A DNA stretch of 40,314 bases. Source: Paraglomus brasilianum. Lineage: Eukaryota. The translations under genes and the position numbers were made by a program. Position 1 is the first letter of the stretch; every line of letters begins with the position of its first letter. Below are positions 37,138 to 40,314 of the stretch, piece after piece. The notes beneath the pieces were generated by a model, which was given only the letters and a program-made list of their open reading frames with translations, was not told the origin of the DNA and did not search any database. Location: contig CAJVPI010000238.1 of NCBI GenBank assembly GCA_910592345.1, positions 1-40,314 on the forward strand, written 5' to 3'.

Positions 37138-37887
37138 TCAACAATTTTCAATGCTCGTAATGATTAAATCACCTCCAATGCAATTGCAAGACAATAAAGG
37201 CGGGTAGTCGAGAGGATAATTGGTGTTTATGAAGTTTAGATTATCAGCAAGAACATTGGCACCTTCATTCCGGAACTCGCATTGCTGTTGACTGATACTT
37301 GGGCCTTGCACGTTTTGGCCATTCTCTCCGCAAGTAACATTGCGTTTCTGCCCGGCATTCGTCTTTCGCTTTTTGTTAATCTTGTTCGTTTTTGGTTTTT
37401 GTCGCATAATCTTATCCATATTCGCTGCTTTAAATATAAATGTTTTTTTCCCGTCCGCAACTCGACAAGCTTTTCGGCGACTATTGTTATGATCCGGATA
37501 GAAATGTTTATGAATATTCAGAGACAATTTGGAAAGTGCATCGAAATATTGTTTAACAAGCTCTGGTTGTTGTCTCCACGACTGGCTCGCACGCGCCGAG
37601 TGTTCTTCCATTGAATACTTGTGATGCGGATGCTGAAAGTATAACTGCTTTACAAAATTTCTACGAAATATAATCCACGAATTCATTGGACGTGGTGACG
37701 GTGAGCCGTTTTTTCGCATCGAGTTGAAAAGAATGTCAAGAGAAACCGCGGGAGAGTAAGGGGGATGACATAAAATATTGTATTCAAAACTCGTCAAATT
37801 CTCAGCAGCAGAGTCGATAAGAGACGTGATTGAGAGGGTCGAATCAGTAGTAGCAAAAGATGGGTTTGTAGAGTTGGTCAAAGTCAT
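37138..37887 (-). CDS. Divergent MATA_HMG-like HMG-box protein (249 aa)
   Basis: SPRPMNSWIIFRRNF...SARASQSWRQQPELVKQYFDALSKLSLNIHKHFYPD, followed by a basic tract (KINKKRK). Confidence 0.88.
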   Translation of the reverse strand: MTLTNSTNPSFATTDSTLSITSLIDSAAENLTSFEYNILCHPPYSPAVSLDILFNSMRKNGSPSPRPMNSWIIFRRNFVKQLYFQHPHHKYSMEEHSARASQSWRQQPELVKQYFDALSKLSLNIHKHFYPDHNNSRRKACRVADGKKTFIFKAANMDKIMRQKPKTNKINKKRKTNAGQKRNVTCGENGQNVQGPSISQQQCEFRNEGANVLADNLNFINTNYPLDYPPLLSCNCIGGDLIITSIENC

Positions 37888-40232
37888 TATACTATAGTCA
37901 AAATAAAGCGATGTCAGAAAATCTTCAATATCTAGGCGTAAAGCTTAGATTGATGATTGATGACCCGGGTAGGATTCTGTTCTTAAATATGTAAAAAACT
38001 CAATACCCAAGCTTAGTTTTCTTTGTTGGATATACTATCCCATCTAATTGGCGTTTAGGTTTTAAATATATTTTTTTAACTATTAATAATATTAATTTCT
38101 TTATAATACGCCGTAATTAGAAAATTCACATTCATGCGAAATTATGCACACAAAGGAACCAATAACAATGTAGGCGTTTTGCTCATTCAATTCAGTCAAA
38201 GAGTATACATAGCGCTTGCACCGGATGTGGTGCTTCCTTTAAACCGTCGCATTATGTTAATTGGTTTGAAATATGAAGTACAACAGAAAAATCAACAGTC
38301 CCATTGTATATGAACGTGCAGCAAAGTTGGTATTAATTTTAGTAATTGCTTCCTATTTTTATATTCGCAGTATCTTTCTTCTTTCGTTGGTTCGGGTCAA
38401 TTTGTTTACATCTTTATTTTTCCCAACTTTGGGTTTTAGGATAATTTTTTTAGTAAAGATGGCCATTTTTTTAATAATATGATTTAATTTGATTGCATCA
38501 ATCGATGTTACATTCCCTAAATCACCTGATAAGTCTTATTTGGTTCATTGTTATTCGATCAACCCATGTTTTTCCCATGAACACAGCTACAATATCACAT
38601 TGTATTAATAGACGCAACAGGACTCATTGTTACAATTCCATTCAACTGGGGCTGGTAAGTAGCGAAATCCAAAGTCATCATTCAAGACAATGATAAAGCC
38701 GAAAAAAGTTAATTGATAGGCATTTGTAATTTAACTAATTGCTTTTTTATCGTTCAATTTCACGGCTTTTGTTTCTTTATTAATTTGAACAACTACTTTA
38801 ACACAACATCAATGTAGAATTAATTTTATTCAAAGAAAGTTTAACCGTTATGGAAGAGCTATCTATTATGGAAGACAAGAAGCAAAATCGATGCGAACAA
38901 TAAGCAAGAGTTATTAAGCATGGGTGATATTAATATAGGTTGGGCTGGTTGTATTCGAACAAAGAGATCCAATCAACGCATGTATGTGTCTTTGTTGATA
39001 CTGTAGTACTAGTATTTGTGATATTGCACGGGCTGATTGTACAACAAATGCATTTAAGTGCCGCAAAATTTATGGCAAGATCTGATATTAACATCGATGT
39101 CTCAGACGTCTGCATTTGCATAAATAAATATAGCTGGCTAGAGTAACTAATAGTCTAACACAAGTAATAACAATTTGGATTCGTAGCAATCAGTTTTAAT
39201 ACAGCATTCTCTAAGATAATGTCTTGCATGCATGTCGATTCGAGTTAACATATACCAGATTGTAATTTATATCTATTATAAACGTCAAAATAGAATAGTA
39301 CAAAACCAGATAACAAGATTATAATATGTTATCAACATTAATAGTATTAACTTTGCTATCACATAACTGTATCTAAATATAAACTACTTTTTATACTTTT
39401 TAGTAAATAAGAATTAATATGTGTTATGCATATGTATTAAGTTTGAAATAAGTTTATGTATATCAGAACTATTTTATTTGACCATTGATTAACGAAATAG
39501 TACAAACAATAAAGTAGTTATGTGCGATTACACATAATGGCGGTTTAATTAAAAATATGTTACCATATAGCAAATGCCCATCTACATCATTGATGCACGA
39601 TGTGTGTCGGTGATATGTTTCCATTCGTCGCCTTACAAACATCTTTTCTGTAAATCAATAAGATGCACTTATATTTTCTGGAAAATTTTATGGAAATGCG
39701 ACCATTTTTGTTACACTATTGTGTACCTTTCCCCGTTCTTCTCCTTCCGTGATGCGTGTACAAATGTACCGCAATACTTTTGTTGTTATAATAATAAAGT
39801 GGGGTATTTCTAATACTAATCAGTTAAAGTATAATATTGTATACAATTCGGAACACATTCAAAAGTTAGTCAACTGCAACTTACTACATTTTCTTAAAAT
39901 CCGCTTTTCAAGTTGTTTTTTGGGTGTTGTTGAGTTTGTTGATTTATTTTCTTAATCTTTCCATACGATAAATTTGCTTTTACTGTACCAATTGTCTAAT
40001 CTTGCCAAATACTACCGCGATTGGATTATTCAATTATAACTATATCCAAGGGTTTTCCTTAATTAGCAGTTCCTTTATATACTGTTTGTACTTACCATGC
40101 AATTAAAAACAAATAACCTCTATATGATTTGAAAAATAAGCGACTTTGACTAATTTATACATCCATTCGGACATGCTAGTCTTAGCCCTATCTCACAAAG
40201 ATAGCAAATACAAGATTTATCAAAGGGCCTCC

Positions 40233-40314
40233 TTAACGTACACCCCGGGGGTGTAAGTTAAATGGATACACCCGGGGGTGTAAGTTAAATTGGTACACCC
40301 CCCACGTACGGTTA
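40233..40314. repeat. GC-rich palindromic tandem repeat (~28-bp period), possible transposon terminus
   Basis: TACACCC(C)GGGGGTGTAAGTTAAAT x2 plus a partial third unit. Runs to the window edge. Confidence 0.75.

Noticed and set aside
6696..37614. Antisense and alternate-frame ORFs overlapping the BTB and HMG genes
   Set aside because: They are shadow ORFs of real coding sequence with no independent domain signal.
6672..37887. HMG genes as a mating-type (sexP/sexM-like) locus
   Set aside because: No flanking triose-phosphate transporter or RNA helicase gene and no homeodomain pair are visible. MATA_HMG genes are highly multicopy in AM fungi, so presence alone is not evidence.

Overview
AT-rich eukaryotic DNA with short GT-AG introns. 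The expanded BTB-BACK-TLDc and MATA-type HMG-box families suggest an arbuscular mycorrhizal fungus (Glomeromycotina); this is inferred from gene content only. The window holds seven intact-looking genes. Four are two-exon BTB/POZ-BACK paralogues with the same phase-2 intron: three in tandem with a C-terminal TLDc domain, and one inverted copy whose TLDc is replaced by a repetitive GW/WG-containing tail. Three are intronless MATA_HMG-like transcription factors. It also holds a 3.66-kb TIR-bounded element with an apparent 15-bp target-site duplication and a decayed nuclease-like cargo, a second decayed copy of that cargo, a ~1.5-1.8 kb duplication, several tandem repeats and a ~9-kb gene-poor stretch. 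The main leads are a BTB cassette that appears to diversify its C-terminus (domain swap, mosaic paralogue, non-synonymous-rich TLDc patch), a possible Argonaute-hook Cullin-3 adaptor, and the unusual TIR element. All counts and alignments were made by eye.
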